DNA of 56,103 nt from an uncultured Solirubrobacteraceae bacterium (GCA_964588985.1 CAZPQW010000022.1:1-56103); one strand, 5' to 3'. Counted from the stretch's first letter, positions 46,829 to 56,103 are shown. Notes: generated by a model not told the origin, from the letters alone. Numbers and translations: made by a program.

Positions 46829-47767
46829 CTAGATCGATAGGTCGACAGTGGTTTTCGGCGGGTTCTGCTGAATCTCGGTCGCCTCGCGCACGGCTGTGCC
46901 GATCGCGTCGAACGTCACCACCAGGCCGCCGCGCGAGCGATTGGCGCTGCCCACCTCCTGACGCTGCGCGGTGTGGCCGATGCGCACGCCCACGATCCCT
47001 GACGCGCCGAGCTGCTGCGCCTGCCAGTTCAAACGCTGCATCGTCTGCTCCCGCGCGGCGTAGATGCCCTGCGTGTAGGACGGGATCTCCCGGTTTTCGT
47101 TGAACAGCATCCGGCCGCCCAACCCGCCCATCATTTCCGCTTCGGGGCTCGCCACGAAGAACACCGACGTCCACGCCACGATCCCCGCCGGCTCGATGCC
47201 CGCGCGCGCGAGGTTCGCGTAGTCGGCGACCGACAGCTCCGTCATCACAGGCTGCTCGCTCGGCTGGGCGCCCTCGCGGCGAACAGCGGTGCCGACGACC
47301 ACGTACTCGATAGCCCCCGCCGCCCAATCGTGCGCGCCGGTGCGCACTTCCACGCCCACCACCGCGTCCGCGCCCGCGTGCTTGGCCTCCAGTTCGAGCC
47401 GGTTCAGCGCCCTGCGACGCACCTCGTTCCACGCTTCGGAGATGGTGTCCAGTTCGGTCAGCACACCGCTGCCCATCGTCATTCCCCAGTTCGCGCCCTG
47501 GTAGCCCACCTGGTAGATCGAGCTGCCCATCACCTGCGACAGCGGGCGCAGTCCGAGCCGGTGGCATAGCGCCCAGCCGCTAACCGACAGGTCGGAGGTG
47601 AACGAGCCGCCGCCGGGCGAGGCGCCGGCAAGCTCGCGCAGACGCCGCTCGGCTGACAGCGGGATGCCACCCGCCTCCACCTGGCGCAGCGACTGCTCGA
47701 GCTCCGCCTCCGCCGCGGCGTCGATCGTGTCCGCTTCGCGCGGGGGCTCCTCGTCCCGCGGCCTCAC
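46829..47767 (-). CDS. Tandem YbjQ/UPF0145-like domain protein (divergent paralog)
   Basis: FTSDLS...GSSIY...EAKHAGADAVVGV...GTAV, then QAQQLGASGIVGV...AIGTAV; GTGA overlap with the upstream gene. Confidence 0.85.
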   Translation of the reverse strand: MRPRDEEPPREADTIDAAAEAELEQSLRQVEAGGIPLSAERRLRELAGASPGGGSFTSDLSVSGWALCHRLGLRPLSQVMGSSIYQVGYQGANWGMTMGSGVLTELDTISEAWNEVRRRALNRLELEAKHAGADAVVGVEVRTGAHDWAAGAIEYVVVGTAVRREGAQPSEQPVMTELSVADYANLARAGIEPAGIVAWTSVFFVASPEAEMMGGLGGRMLFNENREIPSYTQGIYAAREQTMQRLNWQAQQLGASGIVGVRIGHTAQRQEVGSANRSRGGLVVTFDAIGTAVREATEIQQNPPKTTVDLSI

Positions 47768-48150
47768 AGCAGCAGCCTTTCGAGCGCGGTCCGCGCCTCC
47801 GCGCTACGCTCGGCCTCCGCGCGCAGGTCGGTCGTGAGGGCCGCGATCCACGCGCTCGGGTCGAGCGGCTCGCGCTTGATCGAGATGCCGCCCACCTGAC
47901 GTTCGCGAAAGCCCTCCACGCGCCCGCCGTCGACCGCGAGCTGGTAGTGGCACGTGCCGAGTTGCACACGCACCTCGCGCACGCGCTTCTGGCCGCGGCC
48001 GAGCAGCCCGCCGCCGTGGCGCTCCACGCGCGCGATCCCCGGCAGCGCCTGCTCGAGCTTGGTCGCGAGCGCCTCCACCGACATCGACAGCTCCGCGCCG
48101 TCTCCGCGCAGGCCGGCCGCCGCGAGGTCGAACGTGTTCTCTGAGCTCAC
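47764..48150 (-). CDS. Hypothetical protein (helix-beta-helix)
   Basis: 128 aa; TAGCCT 7 nt before GTG; coupled to the YbjQ-like gene; high GC3. Confidence 0.75.
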   Translation of the reverse strand: MSSENTFDLAAAGLRGDGAELSMSVEALATKLEQALPGIARVERHGGGLLGRGQKRVREVRVQLGTCHYQLAVDGGRVEGFRERQVGGISIKREPLDPSAWIAALTTDLRAEAERSAEARTALERLLL

Positions 48151-48232
48151 GCGGGTGAGGCTACCTGGAGGCGGAGGGGTTGGCGGCAGTGAACCGCGCC
48201 AACCCCTCGCCGGCTCCGTCACTCGTGTTCGG

Positions 48233-49354
48233 TCAGTGCGCGAGCCCCAGCGTGTTGGTGGCGTCGTCCACGAACAGCACGCCCTTTTGGTTGGGTGCGA
48301 CGACGAGGCCGAACAGCCCTCCACCGCCGGCGCCTGTGTCGAACGGCTGGAACTCAGCCCCCGCGGGGGTCGTCTCGACGATGTTCCCGTCGTTCGCGTT
48401 CGCCGCGAGGATGTCGCCGTTCGGCGCGATCGTCAGGCCGAGCGGTCCCGCGAGGTAGCCGCCCGTCGCGATCGTGTTCCCGCCGCCGCCGAGCGGCGTC
48501 TGGCGGGTGAGCGCGTGAGGTACCGCCGCGATGCGGTTGCCCTGGGTGTCGGCCACGTACAGGGTTCCGTCGTTGCCGAGAGCCACGCCGGTCGGGCCGA
48601 CGACCATCGCGGCTGGGTCGGTGCGCTCGGGGAAGCCGTTCGCGATCACGCTCATGTCGGTCACGCGCGGCGGGTGCAGCTCGCTGGTGTGCAGCCGGAT
48701 GCGCACGACCGTGCCCTCGTCGACGGGCGTTTCGCCGGAGGCGACCGTGCCGTTCAGCACGTTCGTTACGAACAGCGTCGCGTTGGGCCCGTCCGCGACG
48801 GCTGTCATGTCCCACGGCCCGTTGATCGGCGATCCGGAGATCGTCTCCACCACCTTGCCCGTGCTGTCGAGCACGATCAGGCACCCCGCCTTCGCGGTGG
48901 CGGCCGAGCCGTCGCTCGTCGGCAGGCTGCCCACGACCACATAGCCGTGAGGCAGGATCGCGAGCGCGGTCGTGAGGCCCACGCCCCCTGGGCAGCGGCC
49001 GGGCAGGCTCCCGCGGTCGACGTGCGCGAACAGAGACTGGTGCCCGCTCGGAGACACCTGCACGATCGTCGTGCCCGTGCCCTGAAGGTTGGCGGCGTCG
49101 TTGAAGTTGCTGATCAACGTGTTGCCCGCCTCGAGCGAGCCGACGCTCATCTGGACGTTGACGATCCCGTAGGGGTTCACGTCGCCGTTCGCCGGGACCG
49201 TGCTGCCGATGGTGGTGACGGATTTGAAGTTCAGGAACGGCAGTTCGAACGCCTGAGCGCTCGCGGGTGCGGCGAGCGCGAGGGCCAGGAGCGCGACGAG
49301 CGTCGTGCGGCGGGCCGTGGAGCCGGCCCCGAGAAGTCGTGGGAAGTCGGGCAT
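48233..49354 (-). CDS. Secreted NHL-repeat-like beta-propeller protein
   Basis: GGAGG RBS; signal peptide; repeats NPYGI, GPWDM, GPTGVAL..DGTLYVADT..NRI, GPLGL..APNGDI. Confidence 0.8.
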   Translation of the reverse strand: MPDFPRLLGAGSTARRTTLVALLALALAAPASAQAFELPFLNFKSVTTIGSTVPANGDVNPYGIVNVQMSVGSLEAGNTLISNFNDAANLQGTGTTIVQVSPSGHQSLFAHVDRGSLPGRCPGGVGLTTALAILPHGYVVVGSLPTSDGSAATAKAGCLIVLDSTGKVVETISGSPINGPWDMTAVADGPNATLFVTNVLNGTVASGETPVDEGTVVRIRLHTSELHPPRVTDMSVIANGFPERTDPAAMVVGPTGVALGNDGTLYVADTQGNRIAAVPHALTRQTPLGGGGNTIATGGYLAGPLGLTIAPNGDILAANANDGNIVETTPAGAEFQPFDTGAGGGGLFGLVVAPNQKGVLFVDDATNTLGLAH

Positions 49355-49489
49355 TGCGGTGCCTCCACTCGTAGATGGTCTTATCTGGTCGGACTCCGCA
49401 ACATGTGGAATCTTCCCCTCGGATACGTGCGCGCGAGCGGCCCGTAATAGGCTGCGGTGACGGAATCGGAGAACTGGAGCGGAGGTCTC

Positions 49490-50377
49490 ATGGCGCAGAA
49501 GATCAACAAGGTCGGGGTGCTGGGTGCGGGGCTGATGGGTCACGGCATCGCGCAGGTGGCAGCGGCGGCGGGCTACGAGGTGGTGCTGCGCGAGGTCGAC
49601 GACGCGACGCTCGCGAAGGGCATCGGCAAGATCGAGAAGCAGCTCGCACGCGCGGTGGAGAAGGGCAAGCTCGACGAAACCGAGGCCGGCGAGACGCGTG
49701 CGCGCATCCAGGGCACCGTCCACTACCGCGACCTCGCCGACTGCGACCTGGTGATCGAGGCGATCACCGAGAACCTCGCGATGAAGCTCGAGATGTGGAA
49801 GGAGCTCGACGAGCTCGTCAAGGACGGCGCGGTGTTCGCGACCAACACCTCCTCGCTGTCGGTCATCGACCAGGCCGCCGCGACGAGCCGTCCCGGGCAG
49901 TTCGTGGGGCTGCACTACTTCAACCCCGCGCAGGTGATGAAGCTCGTCGAGGTGGTCCGCTGCATCACCACCACCGACGACGCGTTCGACACCGCGCTCG
50001 AGTTCGCGCGCTCCGAGCACAAGCTCGCGATCCCCACCAAGGACAAGGCCGGGTTCATCGTCAACCGCCTGCTCGTGCCGTACATGCTCGACGCGATGCG
50101 CGCCTACGAAGAGGGCGTCGGCTCGGTCGACGAGATCGACGAGGCGATGAAGGCCGGCGCGGGGCACCCGATGGGCCCGCTCACGCTCGCGGACTTCGTC
50201 GGGCTGGACACGCTCGGCTCGATCTGCGACGTGCTGTTCGACGAGTTCCGCGAGCGCCGCTTCGCGCGCCCGCCGACGCTGCGCAAGATGGTCGCCGCGG
50301 GCTGGTTCGGGCGCAAGTCGGGGATGGGCTTCTACGACTACTCGGGCGACGCCCCCAAGCCGAACCCCGCGTTCTGA
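49490..50377 (+). CDS. hbd: 3-hydroxybutyryl-CoA dehydrogenase
   Basis: GAGLMG.GIA, VIEA..E...K, TNTSSL, GLHYFNP, GFIVNRL, PMGP..L.D.VGLD. Confidence 0.9.
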   Translation: MAQKINKVGVLGAGLMGHGIAQVAAAAGYEVVLREVDDATLAKGIGKIEKQLARAVEKGKLDETEAGETRARIQGTVHYRDLADCDLVIEAITENLAMKLEMWKELDELVKDGAVFATNTSSLSVIDQAAATSRPGQFVGLHYFNPAQVMKLVEVVRCITTTDDAFDTALEFARSEHKLAIPTKDKAGFIVNRLLVPYMLDAMRAYEEGVGSVDEIDEAMKAGAGHPMGPLTLADFVGLDTLGSICDVLFDEFRERRFARPPTLRKMVAAGWFGRKSGMGFYDYSGDAPKPNPAF

Positions 50378-50399
50378 GCGCAGTCCGCGAACTGCCCAG

Positions 50400-51929
50400 A
50401 TGAGCGACTTCGAGCAGGCGGTCGGGCGCGCCCTCGCGGGCGGCCCGGAGCGCCATCACGACAAGGCACGCGAACAGGGCAAGCTCGGCGTGCGCGAGCG
50501 CGTCGCGCTGCTGCTCGACGACGGCTCCTTCGCGGAGGAGGCGCTGCTCGCGAACTGGGACGGCGACGGCCTCGGCGCCGACGGGGTGGTCACGGGCGTC
50601 GGGACGGTGGACGGCCGCACGGTCGCGCTGATGGCCAACGACCCGACCGTCAAGGCGGGCTCGTGGGGGCCGAAGACGGTAGAGAAGATCCTCCGCATCC
50701 AGGAGCGCGCGCTGTCGCTGAGCGTGCCGATGGTCTACCTCGTGGACTCCGCCGGCGCGCGCATCACCGAGCAGGTGCAGATGTTCCCCGGCCGCCGCGG
50801 CGCGGGGCGGATCTTCCACAACCAGGTGAAGCTCTCCGGCGTGGTGCCGCAGGTGTGCGTGCTGTTCGGCCCGAGCGCCGCCGGCGGCGCGTACATCCCC
50901 GCGTTCTGCGACATCGTGATCATGCGCGAGGGCAACGCATCGATGTACCTCGGCTCGCCGCGCATGGCCGAGATGGTGATCGGCGAGAAGGTCTCCCTCG
51001 AGGAGATGGGCGGGGCACGCATGCACACGGGCGTCTCCGGATGCGGCCACCAACTGGTCAAGACCGACGCCGACGGAATCCAGTGCGCACGCCGCTATCT
51101 CTCATATCTTCCAAGCGATTGGACGCAGGATCCGCCGATCGCCCACGCCGCGCCGCCGCGCGCGCAGCCGGACGGCCGCGCCATCGGGGAGCTGATCCCG
51201 GCCGATGAGAACAAGCCGTTCGACATCAAGACGCTGATCGAAGCCCTCGTCGACGAGGACTCGCTGATGGAGATCCATCCGCGCTGGGCGAAGGAGATCG
51301 TCGTCGGCTACGCGCGCCTGGACGGGAAGGCGATCGGGATCGTCGCGAACCAGCCGAAGCACAAGGGTGGCGTGCTGTTCTCCGACTCCGCCGACAAGGC
51401 CGCGCGCTTCATCTGGAACTGCAACGCGTTCAGCGTGCCGCTGCTGTTCCTCGCGGACGTGCCCGGGTTCATGATCGGCACGCAGGTCGAGCGCGACGGG
51501 ATCATCCGCCACGGCGCGAAGATGATCAGCGCCGTCAGCGAGGCGACCGTGCCGAAGATCTCCGTCGTCGTGCGCAAGGCCTACGGCGCTGGCCTGTACG
51601 CGATGGCAGGCCCCGCGTTCGACCCCGACTGCTGCATCGCGCTGCCGACCGCGTCGATCGCCGTGATGGGCCCGCAGGCGGCGATCAACGCGGTCTACTA
51701 CAACCAGCTGCAGGCGATCGACGACCCCGACGCGCGCGCCGCGAAAACCGAGGAGCTGCGCGGCGAGTACGCGCAGGACATCGACATCCTGCACCTCGCC
51801 TCCGAAATGGTCATCGACGCGGTGATAGAGCCCGAGGAGCTGCGCGAGGAGCTCGTGCGCCGTTTCGCGCACGCTTCGTCGAAGCGGCGCGACTGGCCGG
51901 CCAAGCGCAACGCGGTCACGCCAGTCTGA
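50400..51929 (+). CDS. Acyl-CoA carboxylase carboxyltransferase (beta) subunit
   Basis: GKL.VRER, ADGVVTG, DSAGARI, AAGGAY, ADKAARFI, DVPGF..G...E..GIIRHGAK, RKAYGAG. Confidence 0.93.
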   Translation: MSDFEQAVGRALAGGPERHHDKAREQGKLGVRERVALLLDDGSFAEEALLANWDGDGLGADGVVTGVGTVDGRTVALMANDPTVKAGSWGPKTVEKILRIQERALSLSVPMVYLVDSAGARITEQVQMFPGRRGAGRIFHNQVKLSGVVPQVCVLFGPSAAGGAYIPAFCDIVIMREGNASMYLGSPRMAEMVIGEKVSLEEMGGARMHTGVSGCGHQLVKTDADGIQCARRYLSYLPSDWTQDPPIAHAAPPRAQPDGRAIGELIPADENKPFDIKTLIEALVDEDSLMEIHPRWAKEIVVGYARLDGKAIGIVANQPKHKGGVLFSDSADKAARFIWNCNAFSVPLLFLADVPGFMIGTQVERDGIIRHGAKMISAVSEATVPKISVVVRKAYGAGLYAMAGPAFDPDCCIALPTASIAVMGPQAAINAVYYNQLQAIDDPDARAAKTEELRGEYAQDIDILHLASEMVIDAVIEPEELREELVRRFAHASSKRRDWPAKRNAVTPV

Positions 51930-51936
51930 GCGGCGC

Positions 51937-52539
51937 CTAGCTCGCCCGCGGAACCCCCGCGGAGCGCGTCTGCTCGTCCTGGAACGGGGGATAGGTCTCC
52001 GTCAGCAGGAACAGGTAAGCGTCGCTGCGGGCGTTGTAGGAGTTCGCGAGCACCATCAGGTCGAACAGGCCGCGTGGCATCCTGCCCGTGATCACGATCA
52101 CGACCCACGCGCCGAACGCACCGATCTCCAGCAGGATGCCCATCGCGTAGCGCACCACCACGATCGGGATCGCGATGATCCCGCGGAAGAACGTCTTCGC
52201 GCGGCTGTAGCGCTCGAGCGGCCCCGCGAAGTGCATGCGCACCGGGTAGTTCGGGTCGTCGGCGCCGCCGAACGCGGGGTAGGGGTCGGAGAGCAGCGCC
52301 GTGTAGGCGGTGAAGCGCGTCAGGAAACGCGTGAAGCTCGCCACGAAGTCGTAGAGCCCCTGCGGGTATCTGCCCGTGATCACGATCGCGAACCACGCGA
52401 TCACGATCGCCACGTACGCCACGATCGCGTACACGTACAGCCAGATCATCAGCGGTATCGCGAGCAGCAGCCGGAAGAACGCCGTCAGGCGGCTGCGCTG
52501 CTCGACGTAGTCGGCTTCGAACGTCACTGGATATGACAC
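51937..52539 (-). CDS. DUF4389-family membrane protein
   Basis: Two repeats: SRL..FFR..LAIP...ITGRYP.GL.D...D.YP.F and SR..TFFR..IAIP...ITGRMP.GL.D...TE.YPPF. Confidence 0.85.
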   Translation of the reverse strand: MSYPVTFEADYVEQRSRLTAFFRLLLAIPLMIWLYVYAIVAYVAIVIAWFAIVITGRYPQGLYDFVASFTRFLTRFTAYTALLSDPYPAFGGADDPNYPVRMHFAGPLERYSRAKTFFRGIIAIPIVVVRYAMGILLEIGAFGAWVVIVITGRMPRGLFDLMVLANSYNARSDAYLFLLTETYPPFQDEQTRSAGVPRAS

Positions 52540-52638
52540 GTGTGCTGTTCCCCCTCTTTGTGTGCCGGGCCCTCTCCCGCTGCGCATCGTAGGCGCGGGT
52601 GCGGCGGAGCGGGCGACGTTTCAATAGATTGCGGCGCG

Positions 52639-54054
52639 ATGGATTCCGTCGATCTCGCCTACGCAGGAATCGCCCGCCAGGCGCAGCTGATCGCCGCCGG
52701 CGAGATCTCCTCACGTGAGCTGGTCGAGCTGTATCTCGCGCGGATCGAGCGGCTCGACCGCAGGCTGAACGCGTTTCGCGTGGTGCTCGGCGAGCGCGTG
52801 CGGATGGAAGCCGACCAGGCGGATGCGCGTCGTGGCGCCGGCGCGGAGCGCCCGCTGCTGGGCGTGCCGATCGCGATCAAGGACGACGTCGACGTCGCCG
52901 GCGAGGTGACCGCGTACGGCACCAACGCCCACGGCGACCCCGCGCGCGCCGATTCGGAGGTGGTGCGCCGCCTGCGCGAGGCGGGCGCGCTGATCATCGG
53001 CAAGACGAACGTCCCCGAGCTGACGCTGTGGCCGTTCACCGAGACGGCCACGTTCGGCACGACGCGCAACCCGTGGGACCTGCAGCGCGCCCCCGGCGGC
53101 TCCAGCGGCGGCAGCGGCGCGGCGGTCGCGGCCGGCCTGGTGGGCGCGGCGCTCGGCTCCGACGGCGCGGGCTCGATCCGCATCCCCTCCGCGTGGTGCG
53201 GGCTGTTCGGCTTGAAGCCCCAGCGCGGGCGCGTCTCGCTCGCCCCCCGCTCGCGGGCCTGGTATGGCCTATCGGTCAACGGCGTGCTCACCCGCGGCGT
53301 GGCCGACACGGCGCTGTTCCACGACGTCGCCTCCGGTGCGATCGACGCCGACAGCGACAGCGCGCCCACGCCACAGATCCCGTTCGCCCAGGCCGCCGCG
53401 ACCCCGCCCGGGCGGCTGCGGATCGCGTACTCCACGGCTGTGCCGTTCGGCGTGATCTCGAAACTCGACAAGGATCAGGAGCGGGCGCTCGAGGACACGG
53501 TCGCGCTGCTGCGCTCGCTCGGACACGAGGTCTCAGAGCTTGACCCCGACTACGGCATGGACACGATCCCCGCGGTGCTCGTGCGCTACCTGCGCGGCGC
53601 CCACCAGGACGCCGCCGCACTGCCGCACCCCGAGCGCCTGGAACGCCGCACGCGCTCGATCGCTCGCCTCGGTGGGCTGATCCCGCAGGCTTTGCTCGAG
53701 CGCTCGCTCGCCGCCGAGAGCGCGCTCACCGCGAGGCTGAACCGCGTGCTGGAGAGTCACGACGTGCTGATCACGCCGGCCACCGCCTCGCCGCCGCCGC
53801 GGATCGGCCAGTTCCAGGGTCGCGGCGCGCTGTGGACGCTCAACATGGTCGCCGGCATGGTCCCCTACAACGGCGTGTGGAACGTCACCGGCCAGCCTGC
53901 CGCTTCGGTGCCCGCGGGCTTCGGCGCGGACGGCCTCCCGCGCGCGGTCCAGCTGGTGGGACGTCCGAGCGACGAGGCGACGCTCCTGTCGCTCGCGGGG
54001 CAGATCGAGGCGGAGCGCCCGTGGGCTGTGAAGCGCCCGCCTGAGTTCGCGTGA
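52639..54054 (+). CDS. Amidase signature family protein
   Basis: GVPIAIKD, GKTNVPE, GGSSGGSGAAVAAG, GSDGAGSIRIPS. Confidence 0.93.
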   Translation: MDSVDLAYAGIARQAQLIAAGEISSRELVELYLARIERLDRRLNAFRVVLGERVRMEADQADARRGAGAERPLLGVPIAIKDDVDVAGEVTAYGTNAHGDPARADSEVVRRLREAGALIIGKTNVPELTLWPFTETATFGTTRNPWDLQRAPGGSSGGSGAAVAAGLVGAALGSDGAGSIRIPSAWCGLFGLKPQRGRVSLAPRSRAWYGLSVNGVLTRGVADTALFHDVASGAIDADSDSAPTPQIPFAQAAATPPGRLRIAYSTAVPFGVISKLDKDQERALEDTVALLRSLGHEVSELDPDYGMDTIPAVLVRYLRGAHQDAAALPHPERLERRTRSIARLGGLIPQALLERSLAAESALTARLNRVLESHDVLITPATASPPPRIGQFQGRGALWTLNMVAGMVPYNGVWNVTGQPAASVPAGFGADGLPRAVQLVGRPSDEATLLSLAGQIEAERPWAVKRPPEFA

Positions 54055-54848
54055 GCGAAGCCGACGCGCTGCTGGAGGTGGCGGTCGAAGCCGCGCGCAT
54101 GGCCGGCGCGCTGCTGCTCGAGCGTGTCGGGCGTGGGGCGGAGCGGGAGGTCGAGAGCAAGACCACGCCCACCGACCTCGTAAGCGAGGCGGACCTAGCG
54201 GCGGAGCGTGCGATCCGGGAGCTGCTGCGCGAGCGTCGCCCCGAGGACGGCTTCGTCGGCGAGGAGGGCGGCAGCGAGGAGGGCAGCAGTGGCCTCAGCT
54301 GGGTGGTCGACCCGCTCGACGGCACGGTGAACTTCCTATTCGGCATCCCGCAGTGGTGCGTGAGCGTGGCCGTGCGCGACGGCGAGCAGACGCTCGCGGG
54401 CGCGGTGTACGACCCCAACCGCGACGAGCTGTTCACCGCCACGCGCGAAGGGCCGGCGCTGCTCGCGGGGCCCGCCGGGACGGTCGAGCTGAAGGGGCCG
54501 GCGCGCGACTCGGATCTAGCTACGGCGATGGTCGCGACCGGGTTCGCATACGACGCGGACGTGCGTGCGGCGCAGGCGCGCGTGCTCGCGAGGCTCGTGC
54601 CGCGTGTGCGCGACATTCGCCGCATGGGCAGCGCCGCGCTGGACCTGGCGTGGACTGCCGCGGGTCGCTACGACGCTTACTTCGAGCGCACCGTCAAGCA
54701 GTGGGACATCGCGGCGGGTGCGCTGGTGTGCGAACGCGCGGGGTTGGAGGTACGTGAGCTGCCCGTCCACGAGAGCCTGCCGTGGGGGATCCTCGTGGCC
54801 ACGGCCGCGCTGCTAGAGCCGCTGGGCGAGCTGGTCGCCGGCCCGTAG
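54051..54848 (+). CDS. Inositol monophosphatase family protein
   Basis: DLVSEAD, GEE, WVVDPLDGTVNF, RRMGSAALDL, WDIAAG. Confidence 0.93.
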   Translation: MSEADALLEVAVEAARMAGALLLERVGRGAEREVESKTTPTDLVSEADLAAERAIRELLRERRPEDGFVGEEGGSEEGSSGLSWVVDPLDGTVNFLFGIPQWCVSVAVRDGEQTLAGAVYDPNRDELFTATREGPALLAGPAGTVELKGPARDSDLATAMVATGFAYDADVRAAQARVLARLVPRVRDIRRMGSAALDLAWTAAGRYDAYFERTVKQWDIAAGALVCERAGLEVRELPVHESLPWGILVATAALLEPLGELVAGP

Positions 54849-54863
54849 TTCCTGGTCGATCGA

Positions 54864-54946
54864 TGCGGCGGGTGGGAGTCGAACCCACACGCCCTTGCGG
54901 ACAGAGGCTTTTGAGGCCTCCGCGTCTACCGTTCCGCCACCGCCGC
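54864..54946 (-). tRNA. tRNA-Leu(CAA)
   Basis: GCGGCGG acceptor stem; anticodon arm GAGGC-CTCAAAA-GCCTC; long variable arm; GGTTCGA T-loop; CCA not encoded. Confidence 0.95.
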
Positions 54947-54993
54947 AGTCTGCTCGACCGCTTCGAGAATACCCGGCCGCCGCGGGGCCTGGT

Positions 54994-55536
54994 TCAGGCG
55001 GGGTGCGGCGGCGCGTCGGGGTAGTGCCCGGCTCCGCCCGTCGGGGCTGCTGCGCCGGCGTTCGGGTTGCGGCGCTCGAGCTCCACGTTCCAGCCCTGGT
55101 TGAAGCCGCGCATCGCGAACGCCACCAGCAGCATCTGTACGGGCACGATCAGCAGCGTGAGCAGCCCGAGGGCGCCCGCGTTGAGGTAGTCCGGCGCTTC
55201 GAAGCCCGTTTTGTCGCGGTTGAACCAGCCGGGGCCGGCGACGAGCGCGAAGATCGCGAGCAGGACCGCGAGCGCGGCCGCCACGGGCAGCACGCCGCGG
55301 TTCCAGCGCGCGGCGAAGAAAGCGAGAGTGAGATACACCGCGATGTACCCGATCTGTACCGGGATGGCGCCCTCGAGCACGTTCCAGCCGGCGATCGTCA
55401 CGATCAGCGTGAGCGCGGCGGTGACGAGCAGTAGCAGCACCACCATCGCACGCGTGGCCTGCACGACCGGCTTGTCACGATTGGGGTGCGTGACGATTAC
55501 GTCAGGCTGCCCCTCCCGGGCGGCGATCGAGGACAT
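54994..55536 (-). CDS. Four-TM membrane protein
   Basis: Four hydrophobic segments, high GC3; ATG 55536 or GTG 55539, with TATCGT upstream. Confidence 0.8.
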   Translation of the reverse strand: MSSIAAREGQPDVIVTHPNRDKPVVQATRAMVVLLLLVTAALTLIVTIAGWNVLEGAIPVQIGYIAVYLTLAFFAARWNRGVLPVAAALAVLLAIFALVAGPGWFNRDKTGFEAPDYLNAGALGLLTLLIVPVQMLLVAFAMRGFNQGWNVELERRNPNAGAAAPTGGAGHYPDAPPHPA

Positions 55537-55589
55537 CACGAACGTCACGATACCGGCTCACGCGGCCAAGGTACGCTCTGGAGAGTCCC

Positions 55590-55673
55590 GCGGGCGTGGT
55601 GGAATTGGTAGACACGCCGGCCTTAGGAGCCGGTGGGCGCAAGCCCTTGGGAGTTCGAGTCTCCCCGCCCGCA
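55590..55673 (+). tRNA. tRNA-Leu(TAG)
   Basis: GCGGGCG acceptor stem; anticodon arm CCGGC-CTTAGGA-GCCGG; long variable arm; GTTCGA T-loop; CCA not encoded. Confidence 0.95.
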
Positions 55674-55746
55674 TAGACATAAAAACCCTGCAAATCAATG
55701 TATTTATGTGGACAACGTGCGCCCGAACTGATCTTTGGATCTGGCG

Positions 55747-55769
55747 TATGTCCCCAAAATATGTCCCCC
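55747..55769 (+). repeat. Direct repeat TATGTCCCCA x2 (candidate integrase arm-type sites)
   Basis: Copies at 55747-55756 and 55760-55769, in an AT-rich tract just downstream of the tRNA. Confidence 0.6.
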
Positions 55770-56103
55770 AGATGCCTCGTAGCAACCCGGCGGCTCAACA
55801 AGGAGGGCGTTAGCCCGACGCCTCCGGTGCTCGTTGCGGCGGCCACCGCGCCGCAATCCGTCTCTTGGCGTGAGGGTTCCGCTGCGGTCTGGATCGGCGC
55901 TGGTGTGGGCTTGGTGGCTTCGCGTTCTCGCGCTCCTCGCTGCTGCCTGGACGCGATTGAGCCGCGCGGCTGGATCGCGCGGATTGGCAGGCGGGGTGGT
56001 CCTGCCTGACGTGCAGGCCGGGGGTGGTGTGGCTGCTGGTGAGCAAAGTCGTTGGATGCTTCTATGTTGTCAAGGGCGTTTTTGCGAAGTGTTGGTAGAT
56101 GTC

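Noticed and set aside
48233-50167. 644-aa ORF
   Set aside because: The N-terminal part is antisense to hbd. The true start is ATG 49354, with an RBS and signal peptide.
55698-56046. ORFs 55698..56009 (+) and 55810..56046 (-)
   Set aside because: No convincing codon bias or motifs; probably non-coding junction sequence.

Overview
Very GC-rich actinobacterial chromosome segment. The gene content and the style of the secreted proteins suggest Thermoleophilia/Solirubrobacterales, which is an inference. It holds about 55 CDS and two tRNA-Leu genes, with no rRNA, CRISPR array or transposase. Main themes: (1) Most of an ethylmalonyl-CoA (EMC) pathway, dispersed across the window: ccr, ecm/meaA, meaB, probable methylsuccinyl-CoA dehydrogenase, MaoC-type hydratase, Chloroflexus-type malyl-CoA lyase and a 3-hydroxybutyryl-CoA dehydrogenase. 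PEP carboxykinase is nearby. The lyase is co-oriented with an atypical SucCD-family ligase, whose motifs look citryl-CoA-synthetase/ACL-like, and a ferredoxin. (2) F420 biosynthesis and use: fbiC, cofE, cofC, cofD, npdG, an LLM oxidoreductase and a deazaflavin nitroreductase. (3) Between fbiC and cofE, an uncharacterised unit divergent from a PadR gene. It encodes two paralogous four-cysteine secreted proteins, a secreted dirigent/AOC-like barrel protein and a MacB/LolCDE-type ABC system. This is the best candidate for an undescribed system. (4) Large secreted proteins that appear to share a basic C-terminal domain. (5) katG next to a DUF1778-GNAT toxin-antitoxin pair. (6) A three-gene operon containing four YbjQ-like domains. 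(7) A probable integration-site junction after tRNA-Leu(TAG) at the right end. Many genes look leaderless (TANNNT 6-8 nt before the start codon). Family assignments come from recognised motifs and recalled sequences, not from database searches.
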